Source of the DNA: an uncultured Candidatus Saccharibacteria bacterium
Lineage (GTDB): Bacteria > Patescibacteriota > Minisyncoccia > Phycocordibacterales > UBA9973
DNA: 64,000 nt
Reading direction: 5' to 3'
NCBI GenBank assembly: GCA_964502615.1
Contig: CAZCXF010000004.1
Coordinates: 7,199-71,198 of the forward strand
Made by a program: the position numbers and the translations under genes. This document shows, piece by piece, positions 1 through 8,744 of the stretch (the first letter of the stretch is position 1; every line of letters begins with the position of its first letter). The notes under the pieces were generated by a model. It was not told the DNA's origin. It saw only the letters and a list, made by a program, of their open reading frames with translations, and made no database searches.

Positions 1-114
1 CAGCAAGGTTGGGTATTTTTTCTCTCAAGAGTAGTTGATGAGAAAAATATTAATATGAACACATTGGTGAGTGGTTTTGATCAATGGATGAGTTGGTCAA
101 TTAACTACTCATAA
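1..114 (+). CDS. C-terminal fragment of an upstream gene running off the window start (…NINMNTLVSGFDQWMSWSINYS*)
   Basis: Open frame from position 1 to TAA at 112-114, followed at 124-149 by a strong intrinsic terminator. No homology recognised. Confidence 0.25.
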   Translation, partial: QQGWVFFLSRVVDEKNINMNTLVSGFDQWMSWSINYS

Positions 115-123
115 ACAAAGAAA

Positions 124-149
124 CCGCCGGTTCCCCGGCGGCCCTTTTT
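124..149. terminator. Bidirectional rho-independent terminator (CCGCCGG-TTCC-CCGGCGG, then CCCTTTTT)
   Basis: Perfect 7-bp GC stem with a 4-nt loop. T-run on the + strand and A-run/T-rich tract on the - strand. Sits between the + strand fragment end and the khpA stop. Confidence 0.6.
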
Positions 150-161
150 ATTTAAACTGAA

Positions 162-494
162 TTAAATTCCTTTCAAATCTTCTAGTGCTGAATCAACAGA
201 CTTTGAAGCTTCACTTGCTGACTGTTGTACAGGAGCCTGGTGAGTACTACCTTCTGGTTCGTTAATTTTTAGGTTTACGCGAGCATTATTTTTCATACCA
301 ATTACTCGAAGTAATGTACGTATAGCCTTTGCTGTATTACCCTGACGGCCAATAATTTTACCCATATCCGCACTATTTACTGTCATTGTAATGAGTACAC
401 CCATTTCATCAACTGTTCGGTCAATCACAACATCTTCTGGATGATCAACCAATGCTTTTACTATATATTCAAGAAACGCTTTATCATCTGCCAT
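162..494 (-). CDS. khpA: KH-domain RNA-binding protein KhpA (YlqC/UPF0109 family)
   Basis: 110 aa with the KH GXXG motif 'IGRQGNTAKAIRTLL'. Conserved position directly downstream of rpsP. Confidence 0.8.
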   Translation of the reverse strand: MADDKAFLEYIVKALVDHPEDVVIDRTVDEMGVLITMTVNSADMGKIIGRQGNTAKAIRTLLRVIGMKNNARVNLKINEPEGSTHQAPVQQSASEASKSVDSALEDLKGI

Positions 495-593
495 ATTAAT
501 AGTCTTATCGTGTTATTCTTAAAATCTTGCAGTGTATCGACTACAACCTGCTTGCAGTATATTATAACATAACAACATTTTTTCTGGCAATAT

Positions 594-619
594 AAAATCA
601 CCCGTTTTAGGGTGATTTT
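594..619 (-). terminator. Perfect 10-bp stem-loop immediately after the rpsP stop (AAAATCACCC-6 nt-GGGTGATTTT); possible attenuator or partial terminator between rpsP and khpA
   Basis: Perfect inverted repeat seen in sequence. The stem ends in U-rich sequence on the transcribed (-) strand. Confidence 0.4.
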
Positions 620-620
620 A

Positions 621-926
621 TTAAGCTTTTTTGAGTTCTTTGCGAGCTTTGGTAGGGGTCTTTTTAGACAATACATTTTTCTTCTTGCCATCAACTAACT
701 TTTGGTGGACTAAGAAATTGTGCACTGTAGCTGAAGTTTGAGCTCCATTTTTGATCCAGTGAGATATTCGATCAGCTTTAAATAGAACTTCCCCTGTTTT
801 TAGATTGTATGAACCTAGAATTTCTTTAAATTTTCCACTTTTAGCTGAATTTTTTGAATCAGTTAAAACAACTCTGAAAGAGGCATCATTCTTGCGTCCA
901 ACCCTTTGTAATCGTATTTTTAACAT
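621..926 (-). CDS. rpsP: 30S ribosomal protein S16
   Basis: N-terminus 'MLKIRLQRVGRKNDASFRVVLTDS' is the S16 signature. 101 aa. Confidence 0.9.
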   Translation of the reverse strand: MLKIRLQRVGRKNDASFRVVLTDSKNSAKSGKFKEILGSYNLKTGEVLFKADRISHWIKNGAQTSATVHNFLVHQKLVDGKKKNVLSKKTPTKARKELKKA

Positions 927-989
927 GAGCGTATCCTACCATAAAGGATTATATGAATCAAGCCCGAATGTCTATGCTATACTGTTTAT

Positions 990-2966
990 ATGAAAAATAC
1001 TGAAAAAAGAAAGAAATTCCAGAAATCACATAAAAACAAAAGCGGTAAAATAGGCCATTCAAATAGAACTGTTGAGGGTATCATACACATATCTCATAAA
1101 GGTATCGGTACTGTCCGCATTCCCCATACAAATGAAACAATAGAAGTTGATCATAATTTTTTAAAGACAGCTTGCCAAGGTGACACAGTGAAAGTGATAC
1201 TCCACCCTAAAAAAAGAGACGCTGATCAAACAGGAGAAGTTATAGAGATTATTAGGAGATCAAAAATAGGTTTCTCTGGAATATTAGAGCGTGAACACGA
1301 GACATATTTTTTGATACCTAGTGATTTAAAAATGTATGCGGATATCGTAGTTCCAGAGGACAAGTTAAATGGAGCAAAAATTGGCCAAAAAGTTTTCGTA
1401 ATAATAACAGATTGGAAAGACCCTAAAAAAGCACCTATCGGTGAAGTAAATAAGATATTGGGTGAACCTATGGAGCACAATGCCGAGATGGAAGCTATTG
1501 CTCTTGAAAAAGGATTTGATGCATTATTCCCTCCCAGTGTCGATATGGAAGCCAAAAAAATTGCAAAAGATGGAATAAAAGAGAGTGATTTAAAAGGGCG
1601 TAAAGACATGAGAACAACTACGACTTTTACTATTGATCCAGAAGATGCAAAAGATTTTGACGATGCATTATCGTTTAAAAAATTATCGAACGGACATGTT
1701 GAAGTAGGAATTCATATAGCTGATGTGTCTCACTATGTCAGAACTAATACTTCGCTTGATAAAGAAGCTCGCAGACGTGGTACATCTGTGTATTTAGTCG
1801 ATCGTACAATACCAATGCTTCCAGAAGAGCTATCAAATGGACTATGTAGCTTAAATCCAGATGTTGATCGACTAACATTTTCAGTTATTTTTGAATTAGA
1901 TTTACATGGAAAAATTCATAAAGAGTGGTTCGGTAGGACTGTAATTCATTCAGACAAACGGTTTACCTACGAAAATGCACAAAAAATCTTAGACGATGGT
2001 CATGGGCAATTCTTCAACGAATTATCAACTTTAAATAACATAGGTAAAAAACTATTAAAAAAACGTTTTCTAGAGGGCGCAATCTCCCTTGAACAAGAAG
2101 AGGTTAAATTTAAGTTAGATAAAAATGGTGTGCCATTATCGGTCTACACTAAAGTACGTGGTGATACTCATAAAATGATAGAGGAGTTCATGCTCCTTGC
2201 TAATAGGCGCGTGGCGGAGTATATGTCTTCTAAAAATAAAGGCAAGGGTGGAGTATTCCTTTATAGAATCCACGATAAACCAAATAAAGAAAAAATGCAG
2301 GATTTGGTTACTTTTTTAAAAAGACTTGGATATCATGTAAAATTAAAAGATGGAATTATTCCTTCTGAAGAAATAAATGCTTTGATTGGAAAACTTGAGC
2401 ATAATCCCCTCCGCGATACAGTTCACAGTATTATTATAAGGACAATGGCTAAGGCTATATACTCTACTAAAAATATTGGTCATTTTGGACTTGGATTTAA
2501 ATTTTATACTCACTTTACATCTCCTATCCGTCGTTACCCAGATATAATAGTCCACCGTCTTTTAAATTCATTTTTGAAAGATGAAATTATTCCAAAAGAG
2601 CGTTGGTTTGAATATGAAGAAATGAGTACTGAAGCTTCTCATCGTGAGAAAGAAGCAGCAGAAGCAGAACGCACCTCAATCAAATACAAACAAGTTGAGT
2701 ATATGTCCACACGTATAGGAGAATCCTTCATGGGTATAATAACTGGGGTTACCGAGTGGGGGCTTTACATTGAAGAAGAAAAGACTAAATGTGAAGGTAT
2801 GGTACGCATGCGGGATTTGAAAGATGATTATTATGAGTTTGATAACAAATTCATGAGTATAAGAGGAAGAAAAACTCATAAGAAGTATACTTTGGGAGAT
2901 AAAATGAAATTCAAAGTTAAAAATGTCGACAGAAATAAGAAAACCATAGATTATGAAATACTTTAA
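990..2966 (+). CDS. rnr: Ribonuclease R / RNase II family 3'-5' exoribonuclease (RNB catalytic domain plus C-terminal S1 domain)
   Basis: RNB motif 'HFGLGFKFYTHFTSPIRRYPDIIVHRLL'. C-terminal S1-like 'GIITGVTEWGLYIEEE…GMVRMRDL'. Confidence 0.9.
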   Translation: MKNTEKRKKFQKSHKNKSGKIGHSNRTVEGIIHISHKGIGTVRIPHTNETIEVDHNFLKTACQGDTVKVILHPKKRDADQTGEVIEIIRRSKIGFSGILEREHETYFLIPSDLKMYADIVVPEDKLNGAKIGQKVFVIITDWKDPKKAPIGEVNKILGEPMEHNAEMEAIALEKGFDALFPPSVDMEAKKIAKDGIKESDLKGRKDMRTTTTFTIDPEDAKDFDDALSFKKLSNGHVEVGIHIADVSHYVRTNTSLDKEARRRGTSVYLVDRTIPMLPEELSNGLCSLNPDVDRLTFSVIFELDLHGKIHKEWFGRTVIHSDKRFTYENAQKILDDGHGQFFNELSTLNNIGKKLLKKRFLEGAISLEQEEVKFKLDKNGVPLSVYTKVRGDTHKMIEEFMLLANRRVAEYMSSKNKGKGGVFLYRIHDKPNKEKMQDLVTFLKRLGYHVKLKDGIIPSEEINALIGKLEHNPLRDTVHSIIIRTMAKAIYSTKNIGHFGLGFKFYTHFTSPIRRYPDIIVHRLLNSFLKDEIIPKERWFEYEEMSTEASHREKEAAEAERTSIKYKQVEYMSTRIGESFMGIITGVTEWGLYIEEEKTKCEGMVRMRDLKDDYYEFDNKFMSIRGRKTHKKYTLGDKMKFKVKNVDRNKKTIDYEIL

Positions 2967-3663
2967 GTTTTTCAATATATTTTTATTATGCTTTATCTTT
3001 GCTAGCTTATTCGTTAGTGTTGCTAATGCTGATAACAGTAAAAAAAATGGTTACTATATAAATAAGAACTTTGACTTAATTCCAAATGATAAGGCAATGA
3101 ATAAAAAAGTTGTCCTAATCACAATCGATGATGGCCCTGGTAAAACAGACAGGGATCTAATCAATACTCTTAAAAAACATAATGCAAAAGCTATCTTCTT
3201 TATTAATGGAATTCATGATAAAGATTATAAAAGTAATATAAAAATGTTATTTGATGAAGGATTTTCAATAGGTAATCATACCTGGAGCCATGCGAATCTT
3301 AAAAAATCCAAAGAGGATACTATAAAAAAAGAGATTGATGATAACACAAAATTAATAGTAAAACTTACAGGTCAAAATCCAAGATTTTTCCGCCCACCTT
3401 ATGGTGCAATAAACACTTTTACTAAAAACTTAGTAAAAAAAGAAGGTATGCTATTTATGAATTGGTCTGGTGCAGCAAAAGATTGGGAGAAAAATACGAA
3501 GGATGAGAAAGTCTTTTCAAAAAATGTATTGAGCGATCTTCACGATGGAGAGATAATACTTTTACATGGGCACCCTTGGACAACAAAATACCTAGATAAC
3601 CTTATGACTAATATCGAAAAAAAGGGTTATTCTTTTGTTAACCCATCTGATATCACAGAATAA
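2953..3663 (+). CDS. Secreted polysaccharide deacetylase (NodB / CE4 family)
   Basis: Signal peptide, then 'VVLITIDDGPGKTD' (the TFDDGP motif) and 'GNHTWSHANL' (the HxxxH motif). Confidence 0.8.
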   Translation: MKYFKFFNIFLLCFIFASLFVSVANADNSKKNGYYINKNFDLIPNDKAMNKKVVLITIDDGPGKTDRDLINTLKKHNAKAIFFINGIHDKDYKSNIKMLFDEGFSIGNHTWSHANLKKSKEDTIKKEIDDNTKLIVKLTGQNPRFFRPPYGAINTFTKNLVKKEGMLFMNWSGAAKDWEKNTKDEKVFSKNVLSDLHDGEIILLHGHPWTTKYLDNLMTNIEKKGYSFVNPSDITE

Positions 3664-3668
3664 TAATC

Positions 3669-4535
3669 ATGAATATTAAAAACATAACAATTATATTTGT
3701 AACTTCTATCTTGGGTTTCATCTGCGGTTTTTTTACTACAACAGAATATATAAAACCCATATTATTAGAAAACCAACAAATAGTTAGCGAGCAACCTGCA
3801 GCTGCATTATTGAGTGATAAAGAAAATGTTCAAGTTATTATGCCAGAGCAAAAACCACCAACTCCTACCCAGACAAATAACTCTGAAGTAAAAAAACCTA
3901 AAAATCCAGATTGCCCAATACCGAAAAAAGATTACCCTGATTACACATACTTAGACGTTGGACAAAAAGTAGCAATACCAGATAAAACATATATACCATC
4001 AGATTTAGTACTACTAGATAAGAATATAACTACTGCTACTAGTTGCTTGAAGAAAGATGCGGCTTTAGCTATAGCTGAGCTAATCTCCTCAGCAAAAAAA
4101 GATGGATATGATATAAAAGTCTCTTCAGGGTTTAGAAGTTATACAACACAAAAAGCTATTTTAGATAATAATATAAAGAATGGAAACAAAAATGCTCGCA
4201 GACTTATAGCTAAACCAGGGTATTCAGAACACCAACTTGGAGTGGCTGTTGACTTAACTGGTGCTTCAATAAAAAATATTTCTGCTGCAGCTAAATTTAA
4301 AAATAGTGTTGAGGACAAATGGTTAGAAACTCACGCAAGTGAATATGGATTTATAGAAAGTTATCCTGAAGATAAAGAAGAAATTACTGGGTATATGAAC
4401 GAAGATTGGCATTATCGTTATGTTGGTATAGACAACGCAAAAGAAATAATAAAAAATAAACAAACAATCAATGAATTCTTAAAAGATCGCAAAGACAAAG
4501 AAGTACAGGAACTAAAAAATAAAATCACACAATAA
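3669..4535 (+). CDS. Membrane-anchored D-alanyl-D-alanine carboxypeptidase (peptidase M15B / VanY family)
   Basis: 'SGFRSYTTQ', 'GYSEHQLGVAVDL' and 'EDWHYRYVG' zinc-binding motifs of VanY-like peptidases. N-terminal TM helix. Confidence 0.75.
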   Translation: MNIKNITIIFVTSILGFICGFFTTTEYIKPILLENQQIVSEQPAAALLSDKENVQVIMPEQKPPTPTQTNNSEVKKPKNPDCPIPKKDYPDYTYLDVGQKVAIPDKTYIPSDLVLLDKNITTATSCLKKDAALAIAELISSAKKDGYDIKVSSGFRSYTTQKAILDNNIKNGNKNARRLIAKPGYSEHQLGVAVDLTGASIKNISAAAKFKNSVEDKWLETHASEYGFIESYPEDKEEITGYMNEDWHYRYVGIDNAKEIIKNKQTINEFLKDRKDKEVQELKNKITQ

Positions 4536-4556
4536 TTTGCGTGATTTTATTTTGCA
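4521..4556. terminator. AT-rich hairpin flanked by an A-run and a T-run between the convergent M15 peptidase and smc genes
   Basis: AAAATCAC…GTGATTTT stem followed by TTTATTTT. Overlaps the two stop codons. Confidence 0.4.
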
Positions 4557-6793
4557 TAAACACTTGCATCTTCAAGATGTATTGAGAGGAGTTTGGAAGC
4601 TCCAGATGAATCCATTGTAACGCCAAAGAGAACCTGAGCTCGAGACATAGTCTCTCTGTTGTGAGTTACAACTACGAGCTGTGAATACTTTGATAAGTTC
4701 TCAAGCATATTCCCATATTTTCTAGAGTTTGCTTCGTCCAATGCAGCATCTGTCTCATCAAGAACAAGAAATGGAGGTGGGTTCACTTGAGATATAGCAA
4801 ACAGAAGCGCAATGGAAGCAAGGGATCTCTCCCCTCCAGAGAGCATGTGTAAATCTTTTACCTTTTTATGTGGAAGGGTTACATTTATCTCAATTCCCCT
4901 TTCAAAACCGAGCTCTTCTTCCTCCTCAGTTTCTTCTTCGTCTTCTTCGTCACGTACTCTTGATTTTCTATGTTCCATTACGACAGAAAGAAAGGCAGAT
5001 CCCCCACCAAACATAAGAGAGAAGAAATCTTGAAACTGCTTATTAATTTTTTCAACACCATATTTAAATTCGGTATCAAGTTTTTCTTTTAACTCAGCAA
5101 TTAACAATCTACAATCCTCAACACCTTTAGTTAAATCTATAATTTCACGAGCAAGGAATTGATCTCTCTCTTCAGCTTCTTGATATTCTTTCAAAACATT
5201 AGCTCCGCTTCCAGAACCAATATCTTCTAATTTAATCTTTATACGCTCAATTTTACGTCTTAGTTCCTCTTGAAGAGGTCGCGCAACTTCTTCGCTAACC
5301 TCTATATCCATATAAGAAGTAACCTCATGTCCTATTAGGACTTTCGCTTCTTCTAGTTCCATAAGAAATGCATTATTAACCATGCTTAACTTCTCTTCTT
5401 CAAAAGACAATGAATGCATGGAAGATGTGGCTACGTTTTTATGTCCAAGAAGTTCATATAATACTCGTTCACCTTCTCTTAGGCTCAACTCCATATCTTT
5501 CTCTTTCTCTCGTAGATTAGAAATTACGGATAATATTGATTCTTCTTTTTTAGTTATATTTTGGAGTTCAGAGACAATAGACTCTTTGACTCCTTTCATT
5601 TCTTCATATTCTTTCTCTATTTTTTCATCTACTTTATCGGAAGTACCTAAACTATTGAGACTTTTAATTTTTTGCTTTAATTCTTTCAAAATATTAGTTA
5701 TATCACCAATATTTTCAAGTTGTAATGCGTGATCAATACGTTCACTAATATGATCAATTATTGAATACCACTCAGAGGCTGGTATTGTCTTTTGTTCTTG
5801 TTCTTCTGCACGATTTATCTCTCTTTCAATTCCTTCAATAACTCCTTCTATACGACCGAGCTTGCGGACAAGTTCATCTTTTTGTCTACGTAAATCTAAT
5901 AGTTTTGACTCCTCATCTTTTATTTGATTTGAATATTCATTTTCAATACTATTGTTATTTTTCTCTTTTTTTACTGCTTCAATATTACTATCAATCGATT
6001 GAATTTGTTTCTCTAGATCGTGCCTAAGATCCTTTAACCTTTTTGATTCTTTTTTTATATAGAAATTTTCAGCAGAAAAATAATTTTTATATAGTCCTTT
6101 TAAATCTTCACGCATTTCGCGAGCTTTCTCAATAACTTGTACTTGTTTCTTTAAAAAAGCCAGATGCGGTGTAAGCTCACGCCTTGAAGCTTGTACTTCT
6201 TTCATGTTTATAATTGTTTTATCAAGCTTTCTTTCTGATTCGCGAATACGGTATTGGTAGACTTTCAATCCAAGCGCATCTTCTATCATTGCACGTCTAT
6301 CTTTATTTGAAGCATTTAGAACTCTATCAGCTTCTCCTTGTGAAATTATATGATGGCCTGAGCTTCCAATATTGACCGAAGCAAGAAGATCTATTACGTC
6401 TTTAAGACGAACTTCTGTATCATTTATACTATACACATTGCCACCATCTGTAAAAACTTCACGTGATATTGAAACTTCATCATAATCAAGTGATACACCT
6501 AAACCACTATTTGAAAAAGAAAAAATTTTTTTACTATTATCAAAAGTTATTGTTACCTTGGCGTGGTTTGCAGAAGGCATAGCTTTTGAACCTTTAAAGA
6601 TAAGATCTATTCCTCCCTTGCCACGCAAAGATTTCATTGATTGCTCTCCTAACACAAAACGTATAGCCTCTACAATATTGGACTTTCCAGATCCATTCGG
6701 TCCAACAACAGCTGTTATAGGAGTAGTAAATTGCACGGAACTTTTCCGTCCAAAAGATTTAAAACCTATGAGTTCTATGGACTTAAGAGTCAT
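4547..6793 (-). CDS. smc: SMC-family chromosome segregation ATPase, shortened to 748 aa
   Basis: N-terminal Walker A 'VVGPNGSGKSNIVEAIRFVLGEQS'. Long coiled coil. C-terminal signature 'LSGGERSLASIALLFAI' and Walker B 'FLVLDETDAALD'. Confidence 0.8.
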   Translation of the reverse strand: MTLKSIELIGFKSFGRKSSVQFTTPITAVVGPNGSGKSNIVEAIRFVLGEQSMKSLRGKGGIDLIFKGSKAMPSANHAKVTITFDNSKKIFSFSNSGLGVSLDYDEVSISREVFTDGGNVYSINDTEVRLKDVIDLLASVNIGSSGHHIISQGEADRVLNASNKDRRAMIEDALGLKVYQYRIRESERKLDKTIINMKEVQASRRELTPHLAFLKKQVQVIEKAREMREDLKGLYKNYFSAENFYIKKESKRLKDLRHDLEKQIQSIDSNIEAVKKEKNNNSIENEYSNQIKDEESKLLDLRRQKDELVRKLGRIEGVIEGIEREINRAEEQEQKTIPASEWYSIIDHISERIDHALQLENIGDITNILKELKQKIKSLNSLGTSDKVDEKIEKEYEEMKGVKESIVSELQNITKKEESILSVISNLREKEKDMELSLREGERVLYELLGHKNVATSSMHSLSFEEEKLSMVNNAFLMELEEAKVLIGHEVTSYMDIEVSEEVARPLQEELRRKIERIKIKLEDIGSGSGANVLKEYQEAEERDQFLAREIIDLTKGVEDCRLLIAELKEKLDTEFKYGVEKINKQFQDFFSLMFGGGSAFLSVVMEHRKSRVRDEEDEEETEEEEELGFERGIEINVTLPHKKVKDLHMLSGGERSLASIALLFAISQVNPPPFLVLDETDAALDEANSRKYGNMLENLSKYSQLVVVTHNRETMSRAQVLFGVTMDSSGASKLLSIHLEDASVYAK

Positions 6794-6794
6794 A

Positions 6795-7490
6795 CTAATC
6801 TAGCCATTCTTTAGCTTCTAATGCGAGTCTTGCTGCAGCTTGTTCAGCTTCTTGTTTTGATTTGCCCTTACCTTCAGCAACTTTATCATCTGCAAAATAT
6901 ATACCTACAGTAAAATGCTTATCGTGATCTGGTCCTGATTCGCTTATAACCTTATAAGATGGAGTAACTCCTAAATATTCTTGGGCTTTTTCTTGTACTA
7001 AACTTTTTGCATCTCGCCAAAGTTTTTTTGAAACAATAGTATCAATCTTACCGAAAAGGGATTTCGAAATAAATTCAAGTGCTTTATCGTAACCTTGGTC
7101 AAGATATACTGCTCCAACATATGCCTCATAAGTATTAGCAAGAATATAACTACGAGCACGTCCTACGTCCTTTGCTTCACCTTTTGATAGTAACAAATAG
7201 TCATTCATTCCTAAGTCTTGAGCTACTTCACCAATAATGACGGCATTAACGAGGGCAGACCTGTAAGCTGTTAACTCCCCTTCATCACGATCTGGATATT
7301 TTTTATATAAATGATCAGTAACTATAAGTTCAAGGACTGCATCTCCTAAAAATTCTAGGCGCTCGTTGTGAGAAAGTTTTAGACCAGTATTTTCATTTAT
7401 ATATGAACGGTGAATAAAAGCTTGTTCGAGAAGCTTTTTGTCTTTAAAAATAATCTTTGTCTTTTGTTCAAATTGTGATAAATCAACCAT
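6795..7490 (-). CDS. rnc: Ribonuclease III
   Basis: Signature 'ERLEFLGDAVLELIV' plus a C-terminal dsRBD. 231 aa. Confidence 0.9.
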   Translation of the reverse strand: MVDLSQFEQKTKIIFKDKKLLEQAFIHRSYINENTGLKLSHNERLEFLGDAVLELIVTDHLYKKYPDRDEGELTAYRSALVNAVIIGEVAQDLGMNDYLLLSKGEAKDVGRARSYILANTYEAYVGAVYLDQGYDKALEFISKSLFGKIDTIVSKKLWRDAKSLVQEKAQEYLGVTPSYKVISESGPDHDKHFTVGIYFADDKVAEGKGKSKQEAEQAAARLALEAKEWLD

Positions 7491-7494
7491 AGTA

Positions 7495-8406
7495 TTATTC
7501 AGCCTTAGTTAGTATTTCTATTGCTTTCGTAAGAAGTGGAATCATATTGTCGTACATTTTTAAGCCTGTGATTTCTTCCATTGGAAACCATTTAGCATCG
7601 TCGAGTCCTCCTGATTTATTTTTCAGTTCTATATATCCATAATCAGCTTCGGCAAGGAAAAAAGTTACTTGTTTCCTAATTTTACCCTTTTCAGGATGTG
7701 TAGCGATATATTCATTTTGTCCTAGCATTTCTTTTATTTTTATTTCAAGACCGAGTTCTTCTTTTATCTCTCTTACTGCTCCTGCTTCAACGTCTTCATT
7801 TTCTTCTACACCACCCTTTGAAAGAGTCCAGTATCCAAATACATCATGTACAAATGCAAAATATATATTTCCATTATCCTTAGAATATATAACTGCCCCA
7901 GCTTTTTTTTCTATTGGAAATTTACTTGGATCAGTTTCGTGATTCTTAATTTTATTTTTTGGCTTACCGACATCATCTTTACCTGGTTCACCAAGCTCCT
8001 TGTACACTCCACCCAAAACTCCATTTATAAATTTACTAGAATTCTCTCCGCCAAAGCTTTTGGCAAGCTCGATAGATTCATTGATAGCAACCTTTGGCGG
8101 AACTTGAGTTCTGTCTCCAAAAAGCAACTCATATAAGCCTAAGCGTAATATATTCCGATCTACTACTGAGATCTTTTCAATTGGCCAATCTGGAGCTGCT
8201 TTTTCAATTATTTCATCAATAATAGCTTTCTTTTTGACGACACCAAGAAAAATTTCACTCATAAAAGAAGAATCATCAAGTCCAGGACCGAATTCTTCTA
8301 TATTATGATCTAGCATTTCCTCTGGAGTTACATCTTTTTGTGCACCAAAATCCCACTCAAAGAGCGTTTGTAGAACAATTGAACGTGAAAGGTGCCTGTT
8401 TGCCAT
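7495..8406 (-). CDS. NusB-like N-terminal domain fused to a C-terminal NUDIX hydrolase domain
   Basis: N-terminal ~140 aa NusB-like ('ILRLGLYELLF…AINESIELAKSFGGENSSKFINGVLG'). C-terminal Nudix box 'GGVEENEDVEAGAVREIKEELGL' (GX5EX7REUXEEXGU). Confidence 0.75.
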   Translation of the reverse strand: MANRHLSRSIVLQTLFEWDFGAQKDVTPEEMLDHNIEEFGPGLDDSSFMSEIFLGVVKKKAIIDEIIEKAAPDWPIEKISVVDRNILRLGLYELLFGDRTQVPPKVAINESIELAKSFGGENSSKFINGVLGGVYKELGEPGKDDVGKPKNKIKNHETDPSKFPIEKKAGAVIYSKDNGNIYFAFVHDVFGYWTLSKGGVEENEDVEAGAVREIKEELGLEIKIKEMLGQNEYIATHPEKGKIRKQVTFFLAEADYGYIELKNKSGGLDDAKWFPMEEITGLKMYDNMIPLLTKAIEILTKAE

Positions 8407-8428
8407 TGTTTAATAAAGATCTACGCTT

Positions 8429-8469
8429 TAGTTGCAAGGGTCTAGTATAAATACTAGAGCTTAGCAACT
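8429..8469 (-). promoter_or_regulatory. About 40-bp imperfect inverted repeat (15 of 18 bp pairing, perfect core CTAGTAT-AAA-ATACTAG) in the leader of the nusB-nudix/rnc/smc transcription unit
   Basis: Seen in sequence between the rpmF stop and the nusB-fusion start. Duplex length is suitable for an RNase III substrate or an operator. Confidence 0.3.
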
Positions 8470-8480
8470 AACGCCTAAAA

Positions 8481-8699
8481 TTACTTAGCGCTAGCTTTCT
8501 TTTTTGCTTGTTTCTTTTCTACCTTCTTGACCACATCGATAACCTTGCGACCACGGTAAAATCCACAGTTTTTGCAGACTACATGGGTCTCTTTTGGTGC
8601 CTTACAGTGTGCACAAACAGCAAATGTCTTTGCCTTTAATGCATGATGGCTTCGGCGGTTACCAGTATGGGCACGAGTATGTCTCATTCGTATTACCAT
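8481..8699 (-). CDS. rpmF: 50S ribosomal protein L32
   Basis: 72 aa, basic, four-Cys zinc ribbon ('CAHC…CKNC'). 'RRSHHAL' is L32-like. Confidence 0.85.
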   Translation of the reverse strand: MVIRMRHTRAHTGNRRSHHALKAKTFAVCAHCKAPKETHVVCKNCGFYRGRKVIDVVKKVEKKQAKKKASAK

Positions 8700-8744
8700 A
8701 TAGACAGTATAGCTATTTTCGAAGAAATTGCAAATATGCTATGA

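Noticed and set aside
461-993. Small ORFs 461..694(-) and 805..993(+) overlapping khpA and rpsP
   Set aside because: They overlap conserved ribosomal or KH genes in other frames and have no motifs, so they are spurious.
4812-5732. Plus-strand ORFs (73 aa and 116 aa) inside smc
   Set aside because: They are antisense to the SMC coiled-coil coding region (poly-Ser / low complexity), so they are spurious.
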